A program made the position numbers and the translations under genes. The notes under the pieces were generated by a model. The model was given only the letters and a program-made list of their open reading frames with translations. It had not been told where the DNA came from and did no database searches. From contig JBHGNT010000224.1 in the NCBI GenBank assembly GCA_043228905.1, positions 1-49,672 of the forward strand: a stretch of 49,672 bases of DNA. The letters are read 5' to 3'. Position 1 is the stretch's first letter, and each line of letters begins with the position of its first letter. The DNA comes from Azolla caroliniana. Lineage: Eukaryota; Plantae; Polypodiophyta. This document shows, piece after piece, positions 48,901-49,672 of this stretch.

Positions 48901-49672
48901 AGGTAAATAAAAATGTTCATACCTGGCTCGTGTGATATCGGATTTCTGAGTTTAAACATGCGAATCGAACATAACAACGCTAGCTCTAATATGGAATTAA
49001 GAAATCAAGATTTTCAATCTCAGGTCGAGAGACATGAAGAAATTAGAAAATTTGAGGACGTAGTGGAGAAGAGCCCGTTCGTAAATTAAAATGTTCATAC
49101 ATGGCTCGTGTGATATCGGATTTTGGTGTTCGAACATGCGAATCGAAGCTAACAACGCTTGCTATGATATGGAATCAAAAAATCAAGATTTTGAAACTCA
49201 GGTCGATAGACATGAAGAAATTAACAAATTTGAGACGGGAGTTGACAAGAGCAAGTAGGTAAATTAAAATTTTCATACCTGGCTCGTGTGATATCGGATT
49301 TTGTGTTGAAACATGCGAATTGAAGCTAACAACGCTTGCTATGATATGGAATTAAAAAATCAAAATATTGAAACTCAGGTCGAGAGACATGAAGAAATTA
49401 GCAAATTTGAGGAGGTAGTGGAGAAGAGCGCGTTAGTAAATTAAAATGTTCATACCTGGCTCGTATGATATCGGATTTCTGTGTTCAAACATGCAAATCG
49501 AAGCTAACAATGCTTTCTATGATATGGATTTAAGAAATCAAGATTTTGAAACTCAGGTCGAGAGACATGAAGAAATTAGCAAATTTGAGGCGGGAGTTGA
49601 CAAGAGCAAGTAGGTAAATAAAAATGTTCATACCTGGCTCGTGTGATATCGGATTTCTGAGTTTAAACATGC
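33973..49672. repeat. Satellite subfamily C (homogeneous, higher-order repeats)
   Basis: Diagnostic AACAACGCTTGCT, GAAATTAGCAAATTTG, GGGAGTTGACAAGAGCAAGTAGGT / GTAGTGGAGAAGAGCGCGTTAGT. Confidence 0.9.
37772..47381. repeat. Tandem duplication of a 4805-bp (27-monomer) block
   Basis: Identical ORFs at 40184/44989 and 42281/47086 (offset 4805); rare variants GGTTACAAGA, AAATTCTAAT, TGTGGTATCG and GCCCTAATAT recur at the same offset. Confidence 0.95.

Larger units (their letters stand above)
16036..49672. repeat. 178-bp tandem satellite array, ~180 monomers, single orientation, putatively centromeric or pericentromeric
   Basis: AAAATGTTCATA..TGGCTCGTGTGATATCGGATTTT recurs throughout; spurious ORF starts 25311/25489/25667/25845 are spaced 178 apart; the array runs off the right edge. 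Confidence 0.98.

Noticed and set aside
16036-49672. CRISPR-like repeat/spacer array
   Set aside because: The whole unit repeats with no unique spacers; the context is eukaryotic and there are no cas genes.
16036-49672. Arabidopsis CEN178 or a 5S rDNA array
   Set aside because: The length matches CEN178, but I recognise neither its motifs nor a 5S coding sequence.

Overview
Eukaryotic, almost certainly land-plant, DNA; TE signatures suggest a non-seed plant such as a bryophyte, but that is inference. The window spans the edge of a large satellite array. Bases 1-16035 are a degraded flank. It holds truncated LTR retrotransposons (a tRNA-Trp-primed Ty3/gypsy 5' end and three Ty1/copia pieces), a hAT-type MITE with an 8-bp TSD, local duplications, a candidate 87-aa orphan gene, and two intron-containing pseudogene fragments (TRAPPC5/TRS31 and ITPA/HAM1). 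Bases ~16036-49672 are about 180 head-to-tail copies of a 178-bp satellite that I do not recognise as Arabidopsis CEN178. The array has three subfamily domains that become more homogeneous inward, with nested 4-, 5-, 11- and 27-mer higher-order repeats. It is interrupted by a 1057-bp solo LTR, whose empty site survives elsewhere in the array and which carries two tandem tRNA-like Pol III A/B-box cassettes. Overall it looks like a (peri)centromere boundary.
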